Below, one piece after another: positions 40,101 through 53,362 of a DNA stretch of 64,000 nucleotides (positions are counted from its first letter, which is position 1; each line of letters begins with the position of its first letter). Under the pieces are notes generated by a model. It was not told the origin of the DNA. It saw only the letters and a program-made list of their open reading frames with translations, and did not search any database. This DNA comes from Adineta vaga (lineage: Eukaryota; Animalia; Rotifera), in NCBI GenBank assembly GCA_021613535.1, contig CP075494.1, positions 7,006,001 to 7,070,000 of the forward strand, written 5' to 3'. The position numbers and the translations under genes are program-made.

Positions 40101-40349
40101 GTTGAAGAAATATCTTAGGTTTGATTCAATTAAACGAAGATGAAGTTCGAATTGAAAGAGATACGATGATGCGTTCGGAATATTACGATTCAATAGAACG
40201 TTTTCCGGAAAAAATTGATCAATTATTGGATGCATTGAATCGAGTATATTGAATTTTTCTTTTTGAGTCCTACATATTTATAGTTGATGTTTGCTCATTT
40301 TTAGGTATATATGACTCAAAAAATCGAGAAAGAACCAAGATCAATTTAG
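31114..40349 (+). CDS. Polycystin-1-like protein with N-terminal NHL repeats (NHL-REJ-GAIN/GPS-PLAT-PKD channel); +1 frameshift at about 37442
   Basis: Signal exon MAFRCVLSTWLLLMIIRQVA; NHL repeats (LDSPRRIFVDTNFDLYVADSGNDRIQ); Thr-rich linker; REJ (PPYNGSCSIYPLNG); GPS CFSTHLTSF; PLAT (YQIIVFTGQRKNAGTKSNV, IRIWHDNSG); HLWFSIFSRP..FTRVQRCTCC; WIDNRTRAV channel domain. Confidence 0.9.
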
Positions 40350-40639
40350 TCTGTTTTTTTTTCAAAGATATGCGACAGTTGTTTATGTAGTTTCGTCTAG
40401 TTTCATTAAATGTTTATTCATCTAATAGATTCGAAATAAATTAGTCGGAGAGGATGTAAGTGAGAATATTGAACTTATTTATTATTTACGCACATACATC
40501 TTCTAATATAGTATATCTACATTCATCAGACATTGTACATACATACATACATACAGATGAGGAATATAATATATTGTATATTTAAGTTTGAAGCATTTTC
40601 ATACAATAAAAATAATGATAAAGATAGTAAAACAATGTG

Positions 40640-42873
40640 TTATGTAATTGTATAAATTTTAGCTGGATCTTCTTCGTTAATCGTTTCAGAAGAGCTTTCC
40701 GACATATTATCTTCATTTGTTTCGTTGATTACTTTGACATCTGGTGTGCTCTCATCAGTCAGAGCATCGTTCACATAAAATTTTACTTCATTATTTTGGT
40801 TTATATTACTATCAATATTTGGTTCAAGTTGAGCGTTTGAATATTCGACTACAAGTTTTTGTATTGTTGGAACTAGTTCAATATCGCTGATACGTGATGA
40901 AAGTTGTATTGCTTGTTTTCGTTTCTTAGAATGTCGAAATCCATAAGAAAAATAAACAAATTGACCTATCACAGTCCATACAAGAAATCGAAAATACGTT
41001 TCTTTTTTTATAGTTATCATTAGTAAAATACAGAGTATTGAACCTATAGCTGGAACGAGCCATGGCCCAAATGGAACTTTAAATATTCGATTGGCATCGT
41101 GACGAGTGTAACGCAACTATACAAGACAATTTTGATGAAAATAAGCAAAAATTTAATAAATTGAACATACCACTACAAGATCAATATGTACAAATAGATA
41201 TGTAATTAACGCACTGATGGATGATGTTTCGCCAATGACATCGATTGGACAAAACCCTGCAAAAACTGCGCAGATGACGCCTACAAAATAAGACGGAGAT
41301 ATTCAGCTTCTCTTTTCAAGATATTCGCTATGTACGATTTACCACTGAAGATAGTCGAAACCCAAGGTGTATCAGTTTTCCAAGGTATACCAGCTGTCCA
41401 ATGCGTTCTACCAAAAATAGATGGTAATAAACCATCATGAGACATAGCAAAAAATATTCGAGTTTGAGATAAAAGCGTTGTTAATGCTACAGTTGTGAGA
41501 CCGGCAATACCTCCAAGATCCAAGAGAACAGATAGCCAGAGACCATATGGTGTAGATTTTCTATAAGAAAAATAATGAATATACAAAACCTCCTAATATA
41601 AATGGCTAACATTGCATCAGAAAGTGGACTATCTGTATTCAACGATTGATATGGAACAAGTCCAACTAGGACAGTACATATTCCAATGTAGATGAACAGT
41701 GAAATGAGTAATGATGAAATAGTTGCGTATGGTAGTGGTCGTGTTCGTGCTTGTGATTCTTCAGCGACTGTTGCAACTGTCTCAAAGCCCACGTACGCAA
41801 AGAAAACAAGGTTACATGCTTCTACTATGCCTGATACACCATATTCACTAAATGATCCTATCAAATAGAAAATATATATTCACTGCATAGTTTTAATATA
41901 TAGATATGTAAATCAAACATTAAATACCTTTATTTGACGGAATAAATGGGTCATAATTTTTACGATCAACATATTTACATGTTGCAAATATAAATATCAA
42001 TAAAACGAGTATTTTGAATACTACTAATACGAGATTAACAATAGCAGTTGCTCGAATACCACTAATCAGTAGTACAGTGACAGCCAATGTAATTATGATA
42101 GCAGGAAAATTAATTGCTCCACCTGTGACGTAAAACTCGTGTGTAGAATCTGTCCAAGCTAATGGAGCTCGGACTGCCCAAGTTGTTGCATTATAATCCG
42201 ATACAATATCGATCAAATGAACAACGTATTTACTCCAATTGACTACCACTGTCAAAGCACTTAACTGATTGAGGAGTGCATAATTCCATCCAATAAACCA
42301 TGCGGGATATTCTACAAAGAGTAACAAAACAAAACAAAACAAAACAAAAAATGGTACAAAGAACAACTTCACTTGTATACCTCCTAAAGCTAAAAGAATA
42401 AACAGAGACACTGATGCAAATTGTACAAATATAGATTGAAAAATGCTGACCTGCATAAGTATATGTATAAGCTGCTCCAGATAGTTGCATCATTGCCATT
42501 AATTCAGAAAATGATAGAGCAGCAAAAAGAGCTACAATACCGGTGGCAATAAATGAAATAATTACTGACGGACCAGCATTTTTTGCAGCTGCTTGTCCAC
42601 TTAAAACAAATATTCCTGCACCTAGAAGAGGAAAAACAGAAAATAAGTTTATTTCATATCTTATTTTTATGCTTACTCACCAATAATAGCACCAAGACCT
42701 ATACCAGTTAAATGTATCCAGTTTAACGATGGACTCAACAAACTTCGTCCACTAATTTCTTCATCTATTTCACGCATTGTTTTGCGTGCTACAAGCTTTT
42801 TCAGAAAATTTTTAAAAACATTTTCCTTGGGCGGAGGTGTTGCACTAGTGGCAACAGATTCAATCTCAGACAT
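40640..42873 (-). CDS. APC-superfamily (cationic amino acid transporter-like) permease
   Basis: GIGLGAIIGAGIFVLSGQAAAKNAGPSVIISF, SGAAYTYTYAALGEYPAWFIGW, FFAYVGFETVATVAEE, QTRIFFAMSHDGLLP, FKVPFGP...YFSYGFRHS. Confidence 0.92.
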
Positions 42874-43824
42874 CAGTTATGATTTGAATCTCTATAGTAA
42901 TATTATTATTTCGAAAAGCAAACAGATAACGACCGCAATTATACAATTGACAAATACATACGGGATAAATACCAACAGCGTGATGTGATTTCAAAGATAG
43001 AGACAACATAACATTTAAAAACGAAGCTAAAGCAAGAAAGGAAGTAATATGACAGATACTCATTGAAGCGTAAAATATATTGTCGATACAAGAGTGCTAT
43101 ATATTATTATTACATGTTATTCGCTTCTTTTTTCTTTGCTATTTATTCAATATTCACTTGTACATATGTTTCGATCAGTATATCATCATATCAAACAAAA
43201 CAGTATCTACTTCTAATATACTACCAGTTAGTAGAATTTCCAAAAAAAATCTTTAATTATAGTTATATATTTTCAATATAAAAACCAACATTGACAGATT
43301 TGTTGTATCCAATTTTTTCGTCAGAAAATTTATACGAAATTTACACACGAAACCACTGAGATAATACCATTTGGTGAAATTTATTAGGTTTCTTTTTTTT
43401 ACGGAGATTAGCGACATTCTTTAGAATTGCTTTCGAAAAAGAGTTAAACTATCGATTAATATACACAATGTATTTCATATGATATAATTATGAACGGATG
43501 CTCAAAACCAAGGTAAAAAATGAAGCGATATAATACTACTTGAAATCATTGAATCTGTAACATAGAAATAAATGATTGTTGCAGATCTGAACAGTATTGA
43601 ATTCAATCACATAGCATTTATTCTACATCAAATAAACGTTTGATTTAAATTTAAATGTGTTCAAACTGAAGGAAAGAAAAGACCGATTATGACTACATAC
43701 ATATTCCATGCTTTACAACGAATCAATATTCGAAAAAAAAGAAAAGAAAATACATCATCGAACATAATACAGTCTAGCCGATCGATCGATAAATCTTCTT
43801 AATACAATAGAAAGAAAACCAATC

Positions 43825-44454
43825 ATGCCAGGACGTCATGGAAAAGCAACAGTTCGAAAAATTCAAGTTCGTCAAACATCACCAGAAATACCATCACCTG
43901 TCAAACTCGTCGAACGAAAAACTGTCGATGAAAATATTGAAAATCAAATGCCAATCGACGAAATTGAAACACAATCATCTGACTCATTACCACCGCCATC
44001 AACACCACCAACAACAACAACTTGTGTTGAATCTAAAACTGACGTTAATCCAATGGCTATACTTTTCGCCAATGGTCATCCGTTATTAACAAATTTTGAA
44101 GAAAAATATCTAATAGATTTGATCTTAAAAAGTCCAACTAAAGATATTGAAGTAATTCTTGAAGAAAAAATTCGTTTTATTCTACAAATGAATTATGGTT
44201 CACATTCATCGTTATTTAAATTAAATATTCAATGGATTTTCGATTTTCTTCTTAAACATTTTCAAACATTAACTGAACATATGAATTCTCGAGATTTATT
44301 TGAGAAATTTCTCAAGAAAAATTTTCCTCAAAATAATTCAATAATTGCTTCGAAACATTGGCAATTACAAACATTAATCAATGAACATTCGAAAAAACAA
44401 TCAACTAATTCACAAAAACGGCGAATGACTGTTCGACATATTGACTTGAATTAA
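43825..44454 (+). CDS. Hypothetical intronless protein
   Basis: 209-aa ATG-started ORF with host-like codon usage; disordered N-terminal half and helical C-terminal half; no recognised motif. Confidence 0.6.
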   Translation: MPGRHGKATVRKIQVRQTSPEIPSPVKLVERKTVDENIENQMPIDEIETQSSDSLPPPSTPPTTTTCVESKTDVNPMAILFANGHPLLTNFEEKYLIDLILKSPTKDIEVILEEKIRFILQMNYGSHSSLFKLNIQWIFDFLLKHFQTLTEHMNSRDLFEKFLKKNFPQNNSIIASKHWQLQTLINEHSKKQSTNSQKRRMTVRHIDLN

Positions 44455-47397
44455 AATCAAGATATATACATATATTTGTTTCATATAGATTAAATAAATA
44501 AATCAAAAAAAAACTTCTTTTTTTCTGATACTCCATCTGTTGATGTGAATCAGATAAGGAAATTATAGATTAATAGTATTATTTTTCTTTTACATCTCTG
44601 AAGAACATTGTTCTCATTAATTTGTATTATACGCTGCTGTTTTGTTCGTTGATCAAAGTTCATTCTCGTACATCATTGCTCTTTTTAATGACATACAGTC
44701 AATCTTCGAAGTTTATAGTTATGATATATACATTGTAATAAATAGAAAATGATTTATAAGACCTCGATGATAAGCGTCTTCCATGACATTATATCTATTT
44801 ATTATCTTGTCGAACAGTATAGAAAGAACTGTCGACTACTAAGTAAGCTGATTATTATAATAGACCATGGTTTCTTTTTAATAATCATGATATTCTATTG
44901 ATTACAATATGAATATTCTTTGACAAGAAAGACAATTACAAACAACAGATATTAAAAGAAACGAAAGACAAAAACTTTTCTTGATCTTCTATTCGATAAT
45001 ATTGTGCTAACAAGTGTAGATAAATAAAGTAAAAGAAGAAAAGATAGGAATAACAATTTGACTGCAATAATAAAAATAATAATAATAATAATAACAGCAA
45101 GAATGACCTTAGTTTGTAAACAAATTATTCTTCATACTTTTATTTCACATAACTCATGCTTGGACAATCAACCTTGGATGTGATACTATTTCACTGTGAT
45201 GAACGATCTAATCATTACAACCAGCTGTTCGAGTGTAGGAGATACAAATATAATAAAGAAATGTCATTTATTTTCTCCTAAGGGCAACTGACAAAGTAAT
45301 TTTGTTCTATTCATAATAGATTAATTAAACGAAAAAAATTTCATTTTGAAAAAAAAAAATTCAAAAAAAAGTTTTCGTTCATAGTAATTCTAATTCACTA
45401 TTTGTCAATGTCTTTAATCGCTGATTCTACTGATGACGTCAATCGTCATACAATCATCCTTTTCAATTGCCATCGTGCGTAAACATTAATTAAGTCGAGC
45501 AATAAATTGACAATTATTCGAACATAAAATCTTAGTTCATTTATCGGATCTATTATTTATAATATTGAAGAGTTAAATTTGAACAATTATGCTCTTGATA
45601 GAAGTGGTCAGAAGAAGATGAATTGTTTAGATTGTATAACGAAATCTTTTTAACAAAATGCTCTTAACTTTGTCAAATCAGAGGATATATAAGATAGTTA
45701 ATTTTCATAGAAAAATATTAATAATTTACTTATTTTTTTTATTCGATCTATTTATATATTTTGCTGTACATTTTTCTTGTCTCCCACTGCATTATTTCTG
45801 TTAGTGTGTCTATGTCTATGTGTATCTCTCTCTCTCTCCTTCTTTTCGCATGAATCAGCAATTGCTGCTGCTCTGTTTGTAATCGTTATATTACACCTCA
45901 AGCACGTTTTTTTCCTTCTTGTCTCTTATCGTTACAATATTTTTTCCTCTTTTTTACATTGATTCGTCGTTGTTATTCAACACGCGCACACTTGTGTTCT
46001 CATATCAAACGTATACCTCTCAACGAAAGAGAAAAAAAAAGAAGCTCCCGTAGGTGAGTAAGATACATCATCTTCCGAGAAGACTAAACCGATCAATCAA
46101 CTATCATTAATACTACATCGTAACTGATATAAATAACACATATATATATGTATATATATATACATATACATATGATGTGTAAAATGCATACATATATACA
46201 CATCGTCATTGATTCTCCATGTACATACTCAGTAAAGCATTCAAATAGTGTTGATTGCACAACTTTATATGATCGAATTGCTCAAATGTTCCTTTTTTTT
46301 CTTCTTCCGATGTGTATACACATATATTCATATAATCCTCATTCGTGGTTATATTGTTGTCGTTGTCGACATCGATGAACCGATCTATGCGTGTGCGTAT
46401 CAATAAATAATAATTGTATATTACGCCATACATATGTTCATACACTAATCTCGTTTTTTTTATTCTCTTGTCTTCTGTTAGACACATAGACAGACAGACA
46501 AAGATCAAATTAGACAACATATATTAACGAAATCTAGGTGAGCATACTTTTATTCGAGTAATCACGCAAGATACACAAACTGGCACCCGTTAAATAACAG
46601 CTGGAGATGTTGCCTCAAGTAGTTCGCTCCATTATTTCTTTCTTTTTTCGTTATGTATTATTAGTCGAGTTATATTGTCGTTGTCGACAATTTTCTATTA
46701 CTTATAATAGAAGTTCGAGGGAAGGACACAAAACGGCTGTTGTTACTAAAGTAGTTTTATTAATGAGAATTTCAATTGGATTTCTTCTTTTTTTTCCCAT
46801 GAAGAACGTTCTCACAAACAAATAAGAAATAGATTTGACAAATACTTCTCACTTAGTATAACTAAGTAGTAATCGTTCTCATCTTATCGTATCAAATAAG
46901 AAAATTGATCCGATTCTGATGAGCTTTGATGCATATACTTGTGAAGAGAGTTGTCCTTGATTACATGTGTCTTATTCATTGTCATTATTCTCAATGACAT
47001 ATAGCACCTAGTGGGTCGCGAAAAGAGAGAAGTAAAGAGAGAGAGAGAGGGAGAGAGAGAAAGAAAGAAAGAAGAAAAAGAGTTGTAAAAGTTATTCGTA
47101 GTTTCCAAATATAAATGTTCGATCATCATTTGTAACAATCGTCAGATTGATGAAATATTACAGTGACATCGTTTCATATGCGGGCGTATGTCTGAGCATG
47201 CAAACGCGCAAGTGAGGGAAGAGAGGGAGAATAATAATAATAATAAATGCTTGACATGCAAGCACGTACTCACAACGATTGTAAGACAACGAAAAGAAAG
47301 AAGATTGTTGAACTAATTTTGTATCGATGTCTACTGGAGAGAAAAGGAAAAGAAAGAATTTGTCTCATCGAATAAATCATATTCTTGTATTTTCTAG

Positions 47398-50300
47398 ATG
47401 ATCACTTCAAGTGATGGTTCAATGGAGTTGATAATTACTAAACCACATTTTCTTCCATCTGTATTAAAATCACATCATCATTATTATCAACATCATCATC
47501 CTGAATCATCGAGTTATTTATCAAAAGAACCAGAATGTAATACTCCAGGACATAAAACTAATGAAGTCAAATTAAGAATTCATCATCGAAAGCCAATTGA
47601 TATTCAAGATGAACACTATATCATATCTACATCACCCATACCAATCATTGTGTCAAATACTAATTCATTAATTATTGATGAAACTCTTCCCGTAAGAATT
47701 ACATCCTTTTAGAAGAAGAAAAAAAGTCAGAAGTCAAGTCTAATTTGTTCTATTGAAAGACGAAAAAAAATACACATCAAAAGTGCGTGAAATGAAGTTT
47801 CTATTTTTGCTAGTGTAGTTAGATAATTACTTTTTTTTTATTTCTAACCTTGAAAATATTAATTCAACAACAAATCCATTGACCTATTGATTTATTTCTT
47901 TTTCAAAGATAACTACTGCTACTCTGGATAAAACTAATCATTGTCTCTCACCAATCTGTGATGATCAACTTGAACATTTTCCTCTCTCGATTCCGTCTGA
48001 TAATAGCCGTTCTTCAACAAGATCACCGTCATATCAAGCAACACTATTTGCACGTCGTCATTTTCATATCTATGATTGGACACGTCTTTCATTTTATGAC
48101 AATGTTCCTGCCCCACTTGGATATTTAAGTGAACCATTAATTGTTGAAGATCGATCACCAACATCTGCATCGTCATATGATGATAAACGTTCGTCAACTG
48201 ATCGACAAGATTCTGGTCTTGGCACAAGTAGTGTTGAAAGACAGATTGATTCCATTGCTTTAACTAATAATTTCAATCGATCGTTAGCTTCTTCTTCGTC
48301 TTCATCTTCATCATCCTCATCTCTGAATAGTAATATTACAAATCTATCTTCATCACGCTCACCAACTACTGTAGTCGAAAAATACGTGTAAAATGGCATT
48401 CATTTACAAAAACGCATCGACCAAGTTTCAATTCCATAAAATATCATTTAGGACAAATGTCTGTTGGTCAATTATTCGCGTTACGTCGTGCTGCATTAGC
48501 ACGTCTAGAAGAATTATTTGATACAACAAAAATCTTATCTTTACATAAACCTGTCGTAGAAAATCGAACACTGATATCGAGACAACGATTATTTGCCACA
48601 GCATTCAGTGCAGTACCAAAACTGATTACTCGACGTCATCAACAACGAAAAGTTTGTTTGATGAAATTATCCTTTTGTTTTATTAATTTTATCTTTCTCA
48701 ATTCGTAGGATATGCATCAGGAAACGAAAAAATCTGTTTTTGGTATTTCATTACTTGCCATGACACAACGTACCGGACATCCTATTCCATGTACTATTCT
48801 ATCTGCAATGAAATACTTAAGACGTACATCTATTGATAGTGTTGGAATCTTTCGAAAACCGTAAGTACATTGGAAAGTTTTTCATACGCGATACTTGATC
48901 TTCTTATCTATTTAATGACCTTGATTCTAATGATGTTGTGGTTAAATGAGAGAGAGAATCAAATGACAGAAAGATGATATAAATATCATTTATTTTCACC
49001 GTCATGCTTTAAAGATTGTTAATTGCATATTGCGATTGTATTTACGAAAAAAAAAGAACCGATATTGAATGTCTTTTTCTATATTAATCAGAAATTAATT
49101 GAACGAAACCGTTTTTAGATTAGAATTCTATGAATTTATCAGCATAATAAAATAAATGTTTTGAAATGAATATGTGATCGATAACCCTAAAAAAATCGAT
49201 TATGCTTTTTTTTCAATATTTAGCGGTGTATTTCATCGTATCAAACGTCTTCATGATTTAATTGAAACTGATCTTGAATTTCATCATTTCGATGAGTTTA
49301 GTCCATATGATGTATCGGACGTATTGAAACAATATTTTCGTTTTCTACCTGAATGTCTTTTCACAACAAAATTATCTCCATTATTTCTTCATATAAGCGA
49401 TTATTTTTCTGCCACCGATAAAATATCTATTAAACATAATAAGGAACATCAATTACTTGCATTACAATATGCAATACTTCTATTACCAGATGAGAATCGT
49501 CTTGTTTTACATTTACTTCTTTCATTTTTAAATGATGTTTCAAAACATGTGAAAACAAATCAAATGAGTTCAATTAATTTAGCAACGTGCTTTACTCCAA
49601 CATTATTTTCTTTTACGAATTATACTAAAACATCAACAAATGGGATGCCAGATCGAAAAGAAATTGAAGAACAACGAAAAGCAATGGATATTCTTGCATT
49701 TATGATTGATCATGTTCGATTATTATTTGTTGTACCATTAGAATTACATCAAGCTTGTCATTTTTCTTATATTGAAATCGGTGAACCATGTACATTGGAA
49801 GAATTATCACGTCGTGTTTCGGAACCCATTGTAACAACTCCTATTATCAAACAAACTCGTCGATATTCATCTAGTAAACATACTGCTCAACAGCGTGCAA
49901 AAGAAATCGGTAAAATTTTAGCATCCGATACAATCGGTTCATCATCTTGTGATAATATACTCTATAATATTAATAATAACAACAACAATAATTTTAAGGC
50001 AATAAAAACAAAAACAAATGCATCTTATCAAGGTTTTATTGATCGTTGTATTATTGAAGTGATGCGTGAAGCATGTGCGACAAAATCTAAAGGATGGACA
50101 TCATTTGGTAAAAATAATGAGATAGAATTAGCATTAAAAAAATTAGATGATGGTCATCCACTTGGTTTATGGAAATGTTCCGTAGAAATTGAAGCACCAC
50201 CTTCAGAAATTCTTAATCGATTATTAAATGAAAGACATCTATGGGATGAGGGTACGTAGAAAACGTTTTCTCATTTCTTTCTTTTCGATGATCGATATTC

Positions 50301-51054
50301 GATGCTTTCTCCATCTGACCTTACTTCGATTTTCTAATGAATATTTAATTAATATATTATTGTAGATTTCCAGTCGGGAACGATTATTGAACAATTAAAT
50401 TGTAATACACATGTCTATCAATATACAATCAATTCAATGGTAAACACTTGAAAGATTTCGATTAAAAATTCATTAAATTTATTTGTTATTTCATAGACAC
50501 CGTTAGCATCACGATACTTTTGTGAAGTACGGAGTTGGAGAACAAATATTCAATCGAATCCAAATGGTATATGTCGAAATAATCAGGGTTCATCAACAAA
50601 TCTTCCAGTTGGATCGTCTCTATCAGCATCTTCAAGTGCCATTGCATCGTTTATGTCAACACAAAATAAGCAATGTAAAGAAACATGTGTACTTGTTTGT
50701 ACATCTATTGAACATCCCAAAGTACATTGTCCGCCGACTTTAGGTTAGATTTATTTTCTATATTCATATCTTGTATTTCTTCTTTCGTTATTTAGTTCGT
50801 GCGTTACATTAGCATCAAGATATCTGATACAATCATATGGTAAATTGAGTGTGTTTTTTTTTAATGTTATGAATATGACAATGCTTATTTTAGGATGTGG
50901 AAAATCAAAAGTAATACATCTTAATCGTGTCGATTTAATGGGACGATCACATGAATGGTATACAAAAGCATATGGTTCAATGTTAACTCGGTCAATATTA
51001 AAACTTCGAGATTCATTTAGTCATATGAATACAGGACCAGAAACAAAAGTTTAA
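47398..51054 (+). CDS. STARD13: RhoGAP + START domain protein (DLC1/STARD13/crossveinless-c family); two 1-nt frameshifts
   Basis: RLSFYDNV and RQDSGLG motifs, VKWHSFTKTHRPSFNS, RhoGAP (VGIFRKP, DVSDVLKQYFRFLPECLFT, NQMSSINLATCFTPTLF), START (DDGHPLGLWKCSVEIEAPP, ERHLWD, GPETKV); further upstream exons are possible. Confidence 0.9.
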
Positions 51055-51387
51055 TAACATGTGATCACATCTATTAGGTCGTATTGTTATTGTATATTTT
51101 TTTTCTCTTATCAAAATTTATCTATTATGTAAATTATTTGAACCGATGTGTTATTTTTTATGGCTATTTAGTATTCGATTTTTTTTTGTATAATCGGCTG
51201 ATATTTTCGAATGAAAACAAAGAAAAATAACTAGAAAAAAAGAACGTGAACTCTTGTGCATCCCACTTGATTGCTTTAGAATATCAAATTTTTTATATTT
51301 TATTGTTTGAATAAGGTCTGTTCTTGATATTCTACTGTATCCTTGTAAGTATATCCTATCTAATTAAGCAAAAAATGTTTTCTATTG

Positions 51388-53135
51388 TTAATTTTCATCC
51401 GATTTATCAGGTGAATATTCACGTACACCCCAGCCTGACATTCTTCGACCAGTAGTTGTAGCTGAAGGTGGTCGTGGTGGCGATGGTTGGGCAATAGTCT
51501 TTGTTAATTGAGGACTTGTCACAGTTGTAGTAGTTTCTGGTTGATGTTTTTTTGTTACAGGTGATGTTATACTTCGTGATGACGATGGACGACGACCTTT
51601 TGGTTCTGGTGATCGAGCAAAAATACCTGATTCAGAGATACGCGGTGAAGTTAATCGATCCATTTTTGTATTGTCATTAGTAAGAAGAGAAGCTCGAACG
51701 GGTAATTGATGTTGTACACCATCGAGATTATCATCTTTAATTGGTTGAAAAAGATTTCGTCGGAATGTAGTTGAACCTATTGATAATAATGTCGGATCAT
51801 CTGTTATTCGAGGAGTAGATTGTCGTGAAGCAGATGTACTCGTTGAAGATTCAAACCAATCATCAACCGCTGCTGAAGATGATTCGACAGATCGATTCGA
51901 TTGTTGTGGTGCATATGATCGTGATGTTGATGCAGCTAGAATAGGAAATTATAAGTTATTATTTTATTTTCAGAATGACTATGTCTACCCGAATTTGCTT
52001 TAGAGTCAACGATCAATTGATTATTATCATCAGTAATGACATTACCACATACTTTGCATATTAAATTTCCATCTTCTCGCTTCATTGTTGATCGAAAATC
52101 TCGCATAGCTTGGCTACGTAAATCAGATACATTAGTTCGTGCTGTCACTACTTTAGTTCTTTGTCGTTCTCGATTCCGTTGTTTTCTTGGTTGAAAAATA
52201 TTTTCATCATTCAAAATTTCTTCTTCTTCTTTAGATTTTACAGTTGGTTTGTGTGATGCTTTAGTATGATGTGCTTTTTTCGACACCATTGAGTCATCTT
52301 CATCCATTTGTTGTTCTTGTTGTTGCTGTTGAATTTCTTCTGGTTTAGCTGAAAGATCAGATTGAAAAAATTCTTCTTTTTCACGTTGTTGTTTCGCTAA
52401 TTTTGCTAATTCTTCTCGATGTATTCGACGATCATTTTCTGTTCGAATATGTTGTTTATATTTAATAATTTGATGTACAGTTGGTTGGTCATGTGTTTGT
52501 ACTTCTTGCATACTTGCTGAATTTGGATCATAACGTGAATGATCGTCAGCTGCTGTACTTGCTGCTGTAGAACTACGTTTGATCGGTCGAAATACTTCTT
52601 CTTCAAGAATATCAACATCAGAACGAATATTTTTTCCAAATTTAACAGCTTGTTGAGTTAGGCGACTAGCTCGAATGAGATTTCTCATACTAATTTCTGG
52701 TGCTTGACTTAAATTACTTGTCTAGAAGAAATGAACGTATTCATTAGAAAGAAAACGATCATCATCGCTTACATCATTTTTCAATAGATCTGTAAAAGCA
52801 GAACCCATCGTTGGCATGGTAACAATTCCACTACCAAAACTTTGATTGGATAATTGACGTCCAAGTTGTGTATCACTAGTACTTTCATTTTGAAAATCGG
52901 AATATGGTGTAGTGAGTGTATTTAATTGTAAACTGTTTGCAAGTGGTTTTGGAACAACTCCAATATTATTTGTAGATGTTTTGAACGATTTGGGAAATTT
53001 CTTTTGTAAATATTCAACTATTGCCACAGCTGGATCATTTGGCATACGTCGAGTTAGAAGTTGAGTTAATTCTTTCAATAAACTTTCAATCTGATGATCA
53101 CGCCAATAATCTTCTAATTTCGAACCTTTAGACAT
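51388..53135 (-). CDS. RIIa/Dpy-30-like docking-domain protein, C8orf34-like
   Basis: N-terminal LEDYWRDHQIESLLKELTQLLTRRMPNDPAVAIVEYLQ fits a dimerisation/docking helix pair; CxxC (LICKVCGN); 3 exons in frame. Confidence 0.6.
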
Positions 53136-53362
53136 AATTCTTAGTGAATGATCGTATGTAAATGTAATATGAATGAAACGAGATAGCCATTAGTCATGTT
53201 CTATTTGCATCGTTGTCAATAGAGATTCATGACAAGACAGGTAGTGTATATATAGCGACATCCTTCGCAAGTTATGGTAAGAAAATTCAAATCTACTTTT
53301 TTCTTTACTAGTTGTTGAGTATGTTCAATTATTTTTAGTTATATACTGTCTAAATTTTATGA

